Source of the DNA: a virus
Virus record (IMG/VR): IMGVR_UViG_3300028800_000060
Span: 111,699 to 175,698 of that record
Reading direction: 5' to 3' (one strand)
DNA: 64,000 nucleotides
Positions within the stretch are counted from its first letter, which is position 1; each line of letters opens with the position of its first letter. Below, in pieces: positions 20,129-31,502 of the stretch. The notes below the pieces were generated by a model. The model was not told the origin of the DNA and did no database searches. It saw only the letters and a program-made list of their open reading frames with translations. Both the position numbers and the translations under genes were made by a program.

Positions 20129-20707
20129 ATGGTAAAGAAAATTTTACTCTCGTTGGTATTGGCATTTTCTTGCCTTGCCAATACCGAAACAATCCAATTT
20201 ACGGGTCCAACAACTGGAGCCAGCAATGGTTCTGTAGCTGTAGGCCCATACAATCTTATTATTGATGGTATAGCAACCACAGGTGTTTGTATAACATTTG
20301 ATGTGGATATTACTGCCGGTCAAATTTGGCAAGCAGAAACCAAAACTGTAACCGATTTCTCAAATTCCCAAACTCTGTTGGAAGCTGAATATTTAATCCA
20401 GCAATTTGCGACGTCAACCGATTGGGTGTATATCCATCAGGCAATTTGGGATACCCAAGAACCTGGCACATTTACGGATAATATTACCCTTGCCTGGTTA
20501 AGCCAGGCTCAAACCAATTATATTTTCGTGAATCCCAATTCGTTTTCGATTCAAGTACCAGTCCCAACAAATGCTTCCCAATTCTTCATTACTCAAAATG
20601 ATCCGCCTATTGGGAAAGTTCCAGAGATTACACCCTTCTCGTTGATTACGTTTGGGGGTTTTTGCATTAGTTTAGGTGTTTTTATTAGGAAATTGAGGAA
20701 AGCATAG
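20129..20707 (+). CDS. PEP-CTERM-like exosortase substrate protein
   Basis: Signal peptide; C-terminal VPE-ITPFSLITFGGFCISLGVF (TM)-IRKLRKA basic tail. Confidence 0.75.
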   Translation: MVKKILLSLVLAFSCLANTETIQFTGPTTGASNGSVAVGPYNLIIDGIATTGVCITFDVDITAGQIWQAETKTVTDFSNSQTLLEAEYLIQQFATSTDWVYIHQAIWDTQEPGTFTDNITLAWLSQAQTNYIFVNPNSFSIQVPVPTNASQFFITQNDPPIGKVPEITPFSLITFGGFCISLGVFIRKLRKA

Positions 20708-22144
20708 ATGGAAACCCCACGCAGGGAGATATATCTCGGCAAACCCTATGCTGTTTCGTATGTATCTCCCAAAGCAACGGAAAAGGAAATTATGGAAGCA
20801 AGACTCCAAAATTACATACATTTTCCTGATTTGGATTCTTATGTTATTCCTAGAAAGGAACCGGAAACTTTGCTTTTCAAACTTAAGGTTTACTGGGCAA
20901 CAATGCTCCGAGTCTTAAAAACTGGCCTGAAGCCAAAAGACTAGCATCTAATGCGTATTTAAAATCTAGATCCTTGCGATTCCCAGACGATCCAAGCACG
21001 TTTTGAAATAAAAGACGTATATTGTCATAGGTCGAGCTTAAACTAGCATAAAATGAACGTTTTTTGTTAGTTTAAGCTTTGACATTCCAAGAAAAAAGTG
21101 AGATCATGAATCTAATGAGCGAAAATGAATGTGTGCCCGACCGAATGGTAATTGTCAATCTTCAGAGACTAACGAATCTGGTAGATTCATTGGTCCGAAA
21201 TAGTACAGATAACGGGCAAACAATGACTTGTTTTGCGGAAGATGTTGAGAATTTGGATATTTTTGTTGATCAGTTGATTAAGGAAAATCATGACTAATAA
21301 AGAACAGGTTCAAAAGAAATTAGATCCTTCTTTTTTCCCACGGCTTTGGTCTCTTGCCAATGACGCCGGAATGTTGGCTGTTTCTAAATTAGACGTTACT
21401 CCTATGGTTGTGACGGAGCGAACTAATCCGATGGATGATGCTTCACCTGTTCGCCGTTCTTGGTATGTGGGCGATGGAGTTTGTGGTTTTGCCTGGGTCA
21501 CGGTTCGACCCGGCGGATGCGCATTCGCTCGTTGGATGAAAGAAAACAAGCGGTGCGATATCGCCTATGGGGGAGGAATGCAGTTCTGGGTCCATTATTT
21601 CAACCAGTGCATGCAAAAGAAAGAGGCATATGCCGAGGCATTTGCGGAAGTTTTACGCCAATTTGGAATTAAGGCATATTCTGGTTCGAGGATGGATTAG
21701 TTTTCTTTGGAGAAATGAAATGAGATTTATTTTACGTATCCTGATTGCATCGATGAATTTAAATGAAACCCATTTGGAAGAAATCTACATGATATCGCGG
21801 GGAACCAAATACGAAAACCGCTTTGCGGAAGTGAGGAAACAACAACGGATTGCGAGAAGTAAACTCCGAGATATTTTGGATGACATGATCGATGATGGTA
21901 CCGATACATAAGAGAAGATCTATTTAGTACTCCAATGCCAAACATCAAAGAACAGATGGCCAAAAGGTTCGAATTGATCCAGCGCCTGGAAAACCTTCGC
22001 ACAGGTAATGATGAGCAGGATAAATTGGTTAACCTATTAATTGAATTTCTGGTTGACCGAGAAATACAGATGATGGCGTTGGATGAATCTCTTCATGAAT
22101 TAGATACGGTGATTAAGACCATCATAAATCGAAATAGGGAGTGA
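20708..22144 (+). CDS. Run of small hypothetical genes (20708-20944, 21115-21297, 21290-21700, 21720-21911, 21935-22144)
   Basis: Co-oriented ORFs; 21290-21700 has a GVCGFAWV motif recalled from phage hypotheticals; promoter TTGACA-17-GATCAT at 21079-21107. Confidence 0.6.
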
Positions 22145-22230
22145 AAACTCCCAAGACTGTGTTATTATAACAAACTCCTTCTTGTTTCCTTTCTCTAGAG
22201 ATGCTATCATCTGTATTGTAAGAGAAAGAT

Positions 22231-22506
22231 ATGACACATCCTTTCCTAGAAAATAAGTACACAAACGCATATTTCGGAATCATCAATAAGGCAAAGGAAC
22301 AAAAAAGAAATAAGAAAATGGGCATTAAAACGGAAAGACATCATATTATTCCGAAATGTATGGGTGGAACGAAAAGGATTAGGTTAACCATCAAAGAACA
22401 CCGAGTATGCCATCGGCTGTTAGTTGCCATGGTTAACGAAGCTGTGATAAAGGAAAAACTGAAAGCCGCGGTTTTCTCGTTTAATCCTGGGCGATATAAG
22501 GAATAA
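22231..22506 (+). CDS. HNH homing-endonuclease-like protein, short or possibly truncated
   Basis: NKYT..Y..II.KAK, ERHHIIPKCMGG, LT.KEH..CHRLL. Confidence 0.75.
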   Translation: MTHPFLENKYTNAYFGIINKAKEQKRNKKMGIKTERHHIIPKCMGGTKRIRLTIKEHRVCHRLLVAMVNEAVIKEKLKAAVFSFNPGRYKE

Positions 22507-22511
22507 TTACC

Positions 22512-22697
22512 ATGCAAGATCCGCTGACATCCGAAGAATTGGAATTATATACTCGGAGTTGTGAGGATAATATCCGTTGTATGTCGGCTTTCGCGCTAGC
22601 CAACGGTTACACAATTTCGGAAAACGATGAAATGTCTCTTGGACGGATGATATTGAGTGTTATCTGGGCAAAAAGAAATTTGCGGAAATGTCTTTGA
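22512..22697 (+). CDS. Hypothetical protein
   Basis: AAGGA RBS, 61 aa. Confidence 0.5.
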   Translation: MQDPLTSEELELYTRSCEDNIRCMSAFALANGYTISENDEMSLGRMILSVIWAKRNLRKCL

Positions 22698-22727
22698 CAT
22701 TCCTGTTATTTTTTGAGACAATTAATT

Positions 22728-24377
22728 ATGTCAGAAAAACGTACTGTGACGCTTTCGCCGCAACAATCAGCGGTATTGGATTTCGCGTCTAAGACGGGTC
22801 GCGGTAATTGTCTGATTACCGCAGTTGCTGGTAGCGGAAAGACTTTCACTCTCGTCGAATGTCTTCCTCAGTTGGAAGGATATATCGCTGTGTGTGCTTA
22901 CAACACTTCGATAGCCGGTGAGATGGAAGCAAAAGTGGAATCCATCACGTTTCCTGATGGTACCCGTTGCTACGTGGGTACAGTACATCGTTTCGGACGC
23001 AAAGCACTTGCAAAGGCCTTTCCGAAAGGAAAGCTTCCTGCTAGGGGAGAGAAATCAAAGATCGACCAGATGATGGATACGATCATCCATCCCAGAACAA
23101 GGTCAAAAGGTGTTCCTAAGCATCTGCAAAGTTTTGTCCGCAAAGCCTACAATTTGGCACGGCAGCAGGGTGCGGGAGTATTATCCGAATTCGCATTCAT
23201 AGATTATGCCGCGTGGCTCAATATGGTCGAACATTTCGACCTGCGCGATGAATTTGCCAATTCCGATGGTGATCTTCCCTTAGATGTTGAACAGTTAGTC
23301 CGCGAAGGAATCAATTACACAGTTCTCCTTATTAAGTACGGGATTCACATCCTCGATAAGATCTGGGATTTTGAGGACATGATTTATGCTGTCCTTTATT
23401 TGAATCTTCGTGTAGAACCTAACAACTGGGTTCTCGTGGATGAAGTCCAGGACATAAATCCCACTAGGCGCGCGTTGATTAAGAAAATGCTCGCCGTGGG
23501 AGGACGAGCCATCTTTGTTGGTGATCCTCATCAAGCAATTTATGGATTCACCGGCGCCGATGCAAAGAGTTTCGAGAATATCCGTAAAGAATTCGATTGC
23601 ACTGATTTGCCGCTTACGTGGTCTTTCCGTTGTGCTAAGTCTGTTGTTCGTTTTGTCCAACAATGGGTGAGCCATATCGAATCTCATCCCGATGCTCCTG
23701 AGGGTGAAGTAATCAGTATGACTGAAGAAGAATTGTGGCAAGATGAACCGAAAGGTATCAACATTGACACGAAACAGGAAGTTAAAATTGCATCTTTGAA
23801 CGTAAAGGATGCAATCCTTTGCCGCAACAATGCACCGTTGGTTGATCTATTTTTCGCCCTTTTGAAGAAGGGAATCGCGTCACATATTGAAGGCAAGGAT
23901 ATCTCGGACAAGTTTGTGAAATTGGCTTCCCGATGGCCGGCCGTCAAGACGTTGACCGCATTGGAAAATAAGATTATCGAATATAAAGAGCGCCAAATCC
24001 AAAAGGGCTTACAGAGCGGTCGGGAAGATAAAGCCGCAGACATCGCCGATGTGGCTGATGCTGTGCTAGCAGTCATTTCGGGCATGCCACGTGGAAGCTC
24101 AGTTGAGAATCTAAGGACTCGCATACTTTCGATGTTCGAAAAGGAAGATGGAAAGAAGATGCCGAGTGTTACTCTCACCACGATTCATAAGTCCAAGGGA
24201 CGTGAATGGCAACGTGTTTTTTGGTATGGACGCAATCGTTGGAATCCTAGCAGTTATGCGCGCCAAGACTGGCAGATGGAACAAGAAACAAATTTGATGT
24301 ATGTGGCGGGAACGCGTGCAATGACCACGTTGATTGATATTCATGTTCCCGTACCGCCAGTAAGGAGATTCAAGTAA
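22728..24377 (+). CDS. UvrD/Rep-family SF1 DNA helicase
   Basis: AVAGSGKT, VDEVQD, VGDPHQAIYGF, SFRC, TIHKSKGREW, YVAGTRA; own promoter TTGACA-17-GACAAT at 22694-22722. Confidence 0.9.
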   Translation: MSEKRTVTLSPQQSAVLDFASKTGRGNCLITAVAGSGKTFTLVECLPQLEGYIAVCAYNTSIAGEMEAKVESITFPDGTRCYVGTVHRFGRKALAKAFPKGKLPARGEKSKIDQMMDTIIHPRTRSKGVPKHLQSFVRKAYNLARQQGAGVLSEFAFIDYAAWLNMVEHFDLRDEFANSDGDLPLDVEQLVREGINYTVLLIKYGIHILDKIWDFEDMIYAVLYLNLRVEPNNWVLVDEVQDINPTRRALIKKMLAVGGRAIFVGDPHQAIYGFTGADAKSFENIRKEFDCTDLPLTWSFRCAKSVVRFVQQWVSHIESHPDAPEGEVISMTEEELWQDEPKGINIDTKQEVKIASLNVKDAILCRNNAPLVDLFFALLKKGIASHIEGKDISDKFVKLASRWPAVKTLTALENKIIEYKERQIQKGLQSGREDKAADIADVADAVLAVISGMPRGSSVENLRTRILSMFEKEDGKKMPSVTLTTIHKSKGREWQRVFWYGRNRWNPSSYARQDWQMEQETNLMYVAGTRAMTTLIDIHVPVPPVRRFK

Positions 24378-24468
24378 TATTGACTGGGGAGACTATGCAA
24401 ACAAAGAGATACTGGATTAGCCATTGTATGGCATATCCTAGCCTAAAACCGTTTTGTAAGGAGAAAAT

Positions 24469-24675
24469 ATGATTCTAAAATCGTTTGTGTGGATTCTATT
24501 TACGTTTTTTTGGTGTTGGGTTACCAAGTTTATCGGTGATCGGTTGGAGGAGAAAAGTTTCTTTTGGTGGATTTTTAACGAATTCAATTTCTTTTTACTC
24601 CTCGTGCTATTCGGAAGCACGCTTTGGTTTCTGGTAGCTGTGGGTACTTGGATGTGGCCGATTCTCTGGAGTTAA
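24469..24675 (+). CDS. Small membrane protein
   Basis: AGGAG RBS; two hydrophobic, Trp/Phe-rich segments. Confidence 0.55.
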   Translation: MILKSFVWILFTFFWCWVTKFIGDRLEEKSFFWWIFNEFNFFLLLVLFGSTLWFLVAVGTWMWPILWS

Positions 24676-24881
24676 TATGACTATGACTGTTAACGTCTCA
24701 ATCGCAAAGGGATTAGGGTACTGTATTGGTCAGAATTTGTATTTCGGTGGTCAATATTACAAAATCGACGCCAAGTATCCTGTTTACGAAAACGGCCGGC
24801 TTACCAGTTACAATGTGATCCTCAGGAAGTAACCGTATCCCCGGGAAACCGGGGTTACAGTGTTATAATAACGCAAACTTG

Positions 24882-24962
24882 AGACGATCCAAGACGTCTT
24901 TGGCCTTTAGCGTGTTATATATCGCTGATATGACGGTAAAGTGTCTTGGATCGTCTGGGAAT
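24882..24962. repeat. Inverted pair of the dispersed CTTGGATCGTCT motif
   Basis: AGACGATCCAAGAC (24882) and GTCTTGGATCGTCT (24943); related copies at 20979 (reverse) and 36215. Confidence 0.7.
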
Positions 24963-24994
24963 ACAAAGAATTGTATACAAAGATAAATATCACT

Positions 24995-25729
24995 ATGCAA
25001 CCAAATTCACGCGCAACATTTACGGATTACTGTTTAGGAAAATTAGGCCAAGGAATTGTTCATATCGAAATTACCCCAGCCCAAGCCGATGCTTGCATTG
25101 ATGATGCCCTAACACTATTCCGAGAATACCATTATGAAGCTACACAACGGACATACCTGAAGCACCAAATAACTGCCACTGATTTGGTAAACCATTGGAT
25201 TCCTTGTGATGATTCGATTATGTCGGTTATCAGAGTAGTGCAGGCGAATGAAGGAAATTTAAATATTTTTGATGTTCGTTACCAACTCCGACTACAAGAT
25301 TTTTACAATTTCTCCAACGTGTCGATGCAACATTTTGTTATTACTATGGAGAAATTAAGCCTCCTAGATTGGCTATTAAATCCGGAACCTACAATTTCTT
25401 TTGAACGGCTATCTAACCGAATTTATGTTAATGCCGATTGGAGTTCTCGCGTTCAACAGGGCGATTTCTTTATCTTCGAAGTATACCAATGGTTAGATGA
25501 AATCTCATATCCTAGGATTTGGACGGATAAGTGGTTAAAAGCCTATGCCACGTGCCTTATGAGGATTCAGTGGGGATCGAATACCAAGAAGTTTAATGGA
25601 ATTCAAACTTTAGGTGGTGTCGTACTCAACGGCCAGCAAATATATGATGAGGGTATGGAAGAAAAGGAAAAATTGGAAGATATTCTTTATCGTGATTACC
25701 AACGTCCAATTCGGCTATTTATCGGATAA
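24995..25729 (+). CDS. gp13: Neck protein gp13
   Basis: YCLGKLG...IEI...Q...CIDDAL..F.EYH, WLKAYAT.L...QWG.N.KKF.G.Q..GGV.LNG..IYDE; late motif GATAAATA at 24982. Confidence 0.9.
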   Translation: MQPNSRATFTDYCLGKLGQGIVHIEITPAQADACIDDALTLFREYHYEATQRTYLKHQITATDLVNHWIPCDDSIMSVIRVVQANEGNLNIFDVRYQLRLQDFYNFSNVSMQHFVITMEKLSLLDWLLNPEPTISFERLSNRIYVNADWSSRVQQGDFFIFEVYQWLDEISYPRIWTDKWLKAYATCLMRIQWGSNTKKFNGIQTLGGVVLNGQQIYDEGMEEKEKLEDILYRDYQRPIRLFIG

Positions 25730-25959
25730 TAATGATAACTCAAGAAAACCTAATCAACGAATTGACCATTATTCTTTCCTCAGCCGGACAAATGGTAGAA
25801 GAAACCAAAGAGGATTACAATCTGAATGATTTATTACAAGAAATCCGAGAAGCAATAAATCGGATTATGTATCCTGATTTACCACCCATCATAACTTGAC
25901 ATTCCTTTTGAGGTTATGCTACACTTTAAGAGTAGTTGATCTCAAAAGGAGTTGTTACT

Positions 25960-26196
25960 ATGTTTTCGACGCCGAAACTTATAACTCTCAACCGCACCCT
26001 GGCAGTCCATTTGCGGTCGGTTATTGTTAAAGTCTCATCTTTCACCGGCCTCTGGCAGGATGGATTTCGGGATGAAGTGAAATACAAGATCACCGCGATT
26101 CATTTCCCCGAAAGCGTGTGGGTCCCTTCTGATGACCAGCCGGTCATCTCGTTCAAGAAAACCGCAATCGTTTCGGAACAGGATGTCAAATGCTGA
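25960..26196 (+). CDS. Hypothetical protein
   Basis: AGGAG RBS; promoter TTGACA-18-TACACT at 25896-25925. Confidence 0.55.
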   Translation: MFSTPKLITLNRTLAVHLRSVIVKVSSFTGLWQDGFRDEVKYKITAIHFPESVWVPSDDQPVISFKKTAIVSEQDVKC

Positions 26197-26612
26197 GTAT
26201 CGACGCCGAAAAATTGGCAAAGGATCTCATCAACAAGTATATCCCAGGTTGGGGATTTGCTTGGATCCGCTCCCAGCGTTGCTACGGGAAATGCAGTTTC
26301 AGTGAGCATTGTATCAAGCTGAGTCTCCCATTGGTGCAGCGCAATACTGTGGTGGAAACAACCAATACTATCCTTCACGAAATTGCCCACGCGATGGCCG
26401 GCCCCGGACATAACCACGATTGGTATTGGAAAGCTCAGTGTATCAAGATCGGTGCGCGTCCTGAACGGTGTTTCGATCCCACCCAAGTGGACACAGGCGC
26501 CGAGTGGAAAGCCGAATGTAAATGCCCCGGTCGGGTGTTCAAAGCTATCCGAAAACCTCGGCGCAGTTTTATATGCCGGGTTTGCCGCCACCCATTGGTG
26601 TACTCCAAGTAG
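26190..26612 (+). CDS. SprT-like zinc metalloprotease
   Basis: TILHEIAHA...HNHD..WK; C-terminal CxC...CxxC. Confidence 0.85.
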   Translation: MLSIDAEKLAKDLINKYIPGWGFAWIRSQRCYGKCSFSEHCIKLSLPLVQRNTVVETTNTILHEIAHAMAGPGHNHDWYWKAQCIKIGARPERCFDPTQVDTGAEWKAECKCPGRVFKAIRKPRRSFICRVCRHPLVYSK

Positions 26613-26635
26613 GGCCCTTCCCCCTCTAAAGGGAT

Positions 26636-26705
26636 AAAAGCCGTATCGCCGTCGCATATACCGATAACAGAGTCGGACGTATGCCAAGTGCGATACGGCT
26701 TTTCT
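26636..26705 (+). terminator. Long interrupted hairpin, likely terminator
   Basis: AAAAGCCGTATCGC ... GCGATACGGCTTTT with inner GCATA/TATGC and CCGA/TCGG pairs. Confidence 0.65.
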
Positions 26706-26779
26706 GTTCCTTTGTTTGCGTTATTATAACGTTTTCCTTGTTGTGCCGGATAGATGTGCGTGATATACTTGTAATTGAT

Positions 26780-26870
26780 GCTGGCAGAGGCCGCCAAGTT
26801 TCGAAGGGTGACTTGGAGCGTGCAAGTGGATCATATTCAACGCATGACACCCGGGGCGGCTCTGCGCAGC
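26780..26870 (+). ncRNA. Putative structured leader RNA
   Basis: After TATACT -10 box (26764): GCTGGCAGAGGCCGCC pairs with GGCGGCTCTGCGCAGC; alternative inner stem CCAAGT/ACTTGG. Confidence 0.35.
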
Positions 26871-26898
26871 AGGTGAATAGTCTAATTTAGGAGAAAAT

Positions 26899-28672
26899 AT
26901 GATAGAAAACGCGCGCAAAAATTTTGTTACCGTCCACGAAGTGGGCGCTCAAAGAGAAAAGCTGTCCTCACAAATTCCAAATCATCAAATGTTCACTGGG
27001 CAAATTGCTGGTTATCCTAACCAGTTATTCGTTAAATTGGATGATGCAATTTGGTCGTTGGATGCTGAAGTTGGTTCAGAACCCGGTAATTATTGGATTT
27101 CTCCCGACTGCCCGATTAAGAACTACAACACGGTGACGAAAATTACTGTTACCGTGGAAAAGTAAGGATACACCCATGTCAGTAGCGGCGCTTTCATTGG
27201 AAACACTCTCCTCAAAAGACGAACACGCAATTGCGGGATTTGGAGTTAACGACTACAAAAAAGACATTCCCGTAAGCAATTATGAATTCCTTGTATTCTC
27301 TGTGGAGACTGAGACTCAAGGATGTTCGGAAGAAAATGAAATAGAACGAACTTGGCATGCGGTGTATCAAGGTACCCGATTCGGTCCCTATGAAACCAAA
27401 GCCGAATTAATGGATAAAATGTGCATGCATTTCTCTCTGGAACTCCCCGAATATTGCAAAAGTTAGGAGATTATGATGTCCACCTTACGCGAAGATATCA
27501 AGAAACTGAATAACGGAGAAACCATTACACGCACATTCCCGTGTGGTAATGTTGTTTCAATTACAGCCCGCAAGATTTTAACGCGCACATATGGATATGT
27601 GATTAGTTCCACCGATCCTTCGTATTTTGTAACTGATGATCCGAGTCAGCAGAACCAAACGTGGCCCATGTATGATTCCAAAACATTCGTGTTTTTTATT
27701 GAAGTGGATGCTTTGGAGGGTTTGCTGATGCTTGTCCGAGCATTGGTTATCAATAACCGGAAATTGAATCGTCTTTAATACCCATTTCGTGGAGAACTCT
27801 ATGTCTCCTAAAGACCCGCAGCAGATTTTACTTCGGTTGATGGGTAGAACTTCCAATATTGGAAGTTCTACCATCCTCGGTCAGGCATTAGTTTATCTCC
27901 AATATGGAGAAGAAGCGTTCAAGCGGATATATCGTAGTGGTAGAATAGGGTCCTCGGTAGATAAGTATTTTGAAGGTTCTTCCAAAGAATGGAAATTGAC
28001 ACCACTCTCTTAGTGCGATATCATCTGAATATGAGCACATTACAGCAACTCATCCGAAAGATGGTCGATGACGATGGTTTATGGCCATCTCAGATGGAAG
28101 ATCAATTGAAGGAGATGGGCTTCAAATTCTATGACCTTGTAGTTGAAATCGACTACCTTACGCGAAAACCACGCCAATGAAACGCAAATACTTTTCCATC
28201 CGAAAATATATGGGTGATGATATCTATTCCTGGGCAGTTTTCCGGAAAGGGCAGAGCCAACCGGTTTGCACAGGATGTGGAAAGAGTGAAGCCACACATC
28301 ACGCCAACAACCTGGAACGCCGCGAAGCTCTCAAGGAGATAAAATAACATGATGAAACGGAAACCCAAGGAAGAAAAGCGTTTTGTGGCATTGGCCGATG
28401 CTTTATCCCTCACGGTACCACTTGCCGAAGAACTGTGTCGGGCTGCTGAAAAAACGTGGGCACTCATTGGTCCCGATTGCCTCAATGCCTGTGATGGTCG
28501 TATGAGCCGGGATGAAGTAGTTGAAGTGGTGATGGATGCCGATCATATCCGGACAAACACTCGGAATCTTTCGGCTGTGCTTCATGAAGTCCTTAAGCAC
28601 TGGGAATATTTTCCCATCATTGACATTCTCCTCAGGGAATTTGTGTTTGTGTATAAGTGGTACGAAATATAA
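26899..28672 (+). CDS. Run of small hypothetical genes (26899-27165, 27176-27466, 27473-27778, 27789-28013, 28031-28180, 28177-~28347, 28349-28672)
   Basis: Co-oriented, RBS-bearing or leaderless (TTGACA-17-TATCAT at 27996-28024). Confidence 0.6.
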
Positions 28673-28716
28673 GGAAGATGATTGACTTCCTAATTTAAAC
28701 GTGCGAGAATAAGATT

Positions 28717-29103
28717 ATGAAAAACAACATTCAATTGATCCTCGATTTAGTTCGTGACCTGCCGCAATTGGAGTTAACGGGAAGCCGTTATTTCAATACC
28801 GCCACTCAATCATCGGATTGGGACTTCATGTTGGATTGCGAATTTGAGGAAAAGATTCCTGTTGACTTCGTGAAGGTTTCGGAACCCTCGTATGACGGCG
28901 ATCCGTTGATTTGTGGCGTGTATTTTTCGGCACTCAGGGATACTCACATCCAGCTTTTGAATTCCTATGACATGCCATTGAAACGGAAGGCTCAAGAGAT
29001 TCTCTACGAGTCCGGCGCCTTGTGTGGTGTTTCCAAACAGCAAGCCCGCCGAATTTGGAACGCCGTCATCCGCGCGTTGTTAGTTGATACCTACACATAT
29101 TGA
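28717..29103 (+). CDS. Minimal nucleotidyltransferase (Pol-beta superfamily)
   Basis: LTGSRYF......SDWDF (GS..DxD) motif; leaderless promoter TTGACT-17-GAGAAT at 28682-28710. Confidence 0.7.
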   Translation: MKNNIQLILDLVRDLPQLELTGSRYFNTATQSSDWDFMLDCEFEEKIPVDFVKVSEPSYDGDPLICGVYFSALRDTHIQLLNSYDMPLKRKAQEILYESGALCGVSKQQARRIWNAVIRALLVDTYTY

Positions 29104-29223
29104 TTCACTCCCAGAAGACAACTAGATCCTCTTCCATGAGGATCTGGTTGTCTTCCAAAGTCATGTTATTATAACGATATTACTGTTGCTAAACCGATTT
29201 GAGACGTGATAATATAGAATGAT

Positions 29224-29439
29224 ATGAAGATTACCACAATGTATGGAGAAGTTATTTTTGATGACATGTGCGGACGCATGATCGGTGCAATCTGGCAAGT
29301 TGGTGAATTCGAAAACAGAGCGTATCGTGCCCGCATTTATAAGGAATTTGGTAATGGAATTTATAAATCCAAAACCAATTTATTTGAAACGAGAGAGGAA
29401 GCCTTAAAGTGGATTGCAAACAGCAATACGGAAATGTGA
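29224..29439 (+). CDS. Hypothetical protein
   Basis: ORF followed by hairpin ATTGCAACC/GGTTGCAAT plus T tract (29442-29467). Confidence 0.55.
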   Translation: MKITTMYGEVIFDDMCGRMIGAIWQVGEFENRAYRARIYKEFGNGIYKSKTNLFETREEALKWIANSNTEM

Positions 29440-29656
29440 TTATTGCAACCATTTCGGTTGCAATTTTACTCTGGTTCCTACCATTTTATGCGGGAGCGTT
29501 CCTAGTTATTCTATGCGGCGCATACGCCGTCTATTGTGTGAGCCGAGGAAAATAAACCGCAAATCTTTTTAAGGGATCTATTAGGGCATATTGACAACTG
29601 CCGTCTAGCATGCTAGAATTATAAATGTAGAGAGAAAGAACAACAGGAGAATTTAT

Positions 29657-30205
29657 ATGAGTTTCAAGCCTATTGAAGGACACACCTCGCTTTTTCGCGC
29701 CACCGTTCTGTCGGCAGCGCAGGCCGCCACCGTCCAACGCTTCATTGAAGCCAATGGTGGTGATCCCGTGATCCGTAACAAGGATCTTCACACCATTGCC
29801 CAGACCTTGCTCGGGATGAAGTTTTGCCCGTACTTTATTGGGAAAAATGATGCTCTCAAGATCAAGAACCAACCTGGAATGTATGATCTGAGCCGTGTCC
29901 GGGCGAGTACTAAGCCCGAGCCGGTGAAGAAGGTGAAGCCGGCAAAGAAGACCAAGAAGGTGAAGAATCCTGATCCCGCCGAGCCGGCTGTGACCGAACC
30001 CGAACCTGCGCCCGCGGAAACTCCCGTGACCGTGGAACCGGCAACTGCTCCGACTCCGAAGCCGGCAAAGAAGACCAAGAAGGCCGGCAAGGCGAAGCCG
30101 AAGAAGGAAGCGAAGGCGAAGAAGGAAGCAAAGACTTCCACCGAGGAAGTAACACCTGAAGTTCCTGTTGAAATGGTTGTGGGCGAGGACGAGCCCAGTT
30201 TGTAA
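29657..30205 (+). CDS. Protein with globular N-domain and Lys/Ala/Pro-rich (histone H1-like) tail; paralog of 39899-40369
   Basis: Promoter TTGACA-17-TAGAAT (29591-29619), AGGAG RBS; KPAKKTKK repeats; downstream hairpin GAGGGCCAC/GTGGCCCTC. Confidence 0.75.
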   Translation: MSFKPIEGHTSLFRATVLSAAQAATVQRFIEANGGDPVIRNKDLHTIAQTLLGMKFCPYFIGKNDALKIKNQPGMYDLSRVRASTKPEPVKKVKPAKKTKKVKNPDPAEPAVTEPEPAPAETPVTVEPATAPTPKPAKKTKKAGKAKPKKEAKAKKEAKTSTEEVTPEVPVEMVVGEDEPSL

Positions 30206-30346
30206 TATAACCAACGCCGTGAGGGCCACCAATTGGTGTGGCCCTCCTCTCGGTAAGAAATGAAGTCTTTGTCCAAGGCCACATTATTATAACGCTTTCC
30301 GCATTTTCTTATTGAGTTCCTAATTCAATTCGACTATCATTGAAAT

Positions 30347-31502
30347 ATGACGCCCTTAGAACAAACTCAAAAAGAGATTACCCTCGCTGTTAAGATCTTG
30401 GATCTCTTGATAAAGAACACCGAATACTACGGGTCTTACCGGCTTCGTCGGGCTCGCCGCAGCCTTTTGGAGAGAAACAATATGACGGCGCATATGAGTT
30501 ATCCTAAAGCCGATCCCGAAATCGTCCCCACCGAAGGCAAGTCGGGTTTCAAGTACGTTACTCCCGTTAGCATTTGCATCCATTCCCGTATGGCAACCGG
30601 GGGCCGGGGCGGCCTGCGAATGGTTACCCGCTAAGGAGAAAAAATGCCCAAGTTTTTCTATAATTGGTTATGCTCGCTTTCTGACGAACAAGCCGTCGAA
30701 ATGTGGGAATACTTCGACGAATCATTCACCAACTGCGAAGATGTTGTGGCACACATTTGCATCTCGCATCCGGAAGTATATACTGCATTGTGCTTCGATC
30801 CGGATGACCTGAATCCGAAAGTTGAAATCCCGAGGTCATAAAATGGCAGCAACTAATAAACGCACAAAGAAATCCAAAAAGTCCGAGGAGAAGGTTTTTG
30901 TTACCGACCTTCTACATCCGGAACGTTTCGATGTAGTGGAAATTTCAGGAACAAACCCCGAAAAGATTGTTGGTTCTGCAACCAACCAATCAGGTGTTTA
31001 CGCGTTACGCGACCAATTGCAAGCTGAATTGGATGCCAAGGAAGTTCCACCCGCTGTCAAACGATTCGCTGTGAGGTTTTAAAAATGGACGCCCAAATCC
31101 GCCAAGAATTGTTGTACGCGATCGGTCAAATTCGGGAACTACTGTTAGTGACCAGCAAGGAACTCGAAGATGAATATATGGTCGAGGCTGTCGAAAAAAC
31201 CTTCGACCTACTGAAGGATACAGTTCAACGAGCCATAAATATTTGGAATGAGGAACACAATGACGACATTTAAACTCGTTCCAGTAGGTGAAAAACCTTT
31301 TCGTATCGGGCAATATCAGCCGGCACCCACAACAGGAAGTTATTTTTCGGGTCATTACAATCTGGATATGTGTGATAGCCCATCTTCCAACAATCGGTAC
31401 ACTCACTTCGATGTGATACAGATTGTAACCGATTCGAGGGCCCAGGCGCAAGAAATCGTCGATATCCTTAATGCCCATTACGGAAAGAAGACCGAAAGAT
31501 GA
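30347..31502 (+). CDS. Run of small hypothetical genes (30347-30634, 30644-30841, 30843-31082, 31085-31273, 31260-31502)
   Basis: Packed operon with AGGAG/GAGG RBS. Confidence 0.6.

Noticed and set aside
22231-22506. Intron-encoded or active mobile homing element
   Set aside because: Free-standing, only 91 aa, with no interrupted host gene or intron structure seen
26780-26870. tRNA or known riboswitch
   Set aside because: No cloverleaf with D and T-loop consensus in register and no recognisable aptamer; no tRNA seen anywhere in the window
29531-30284. Long antisense ORFs opposite 29657-30205
   Set aside because: Shadow frames of a GC-rich low-complexity gene whose sense strand has promoter, RBS and a paralog
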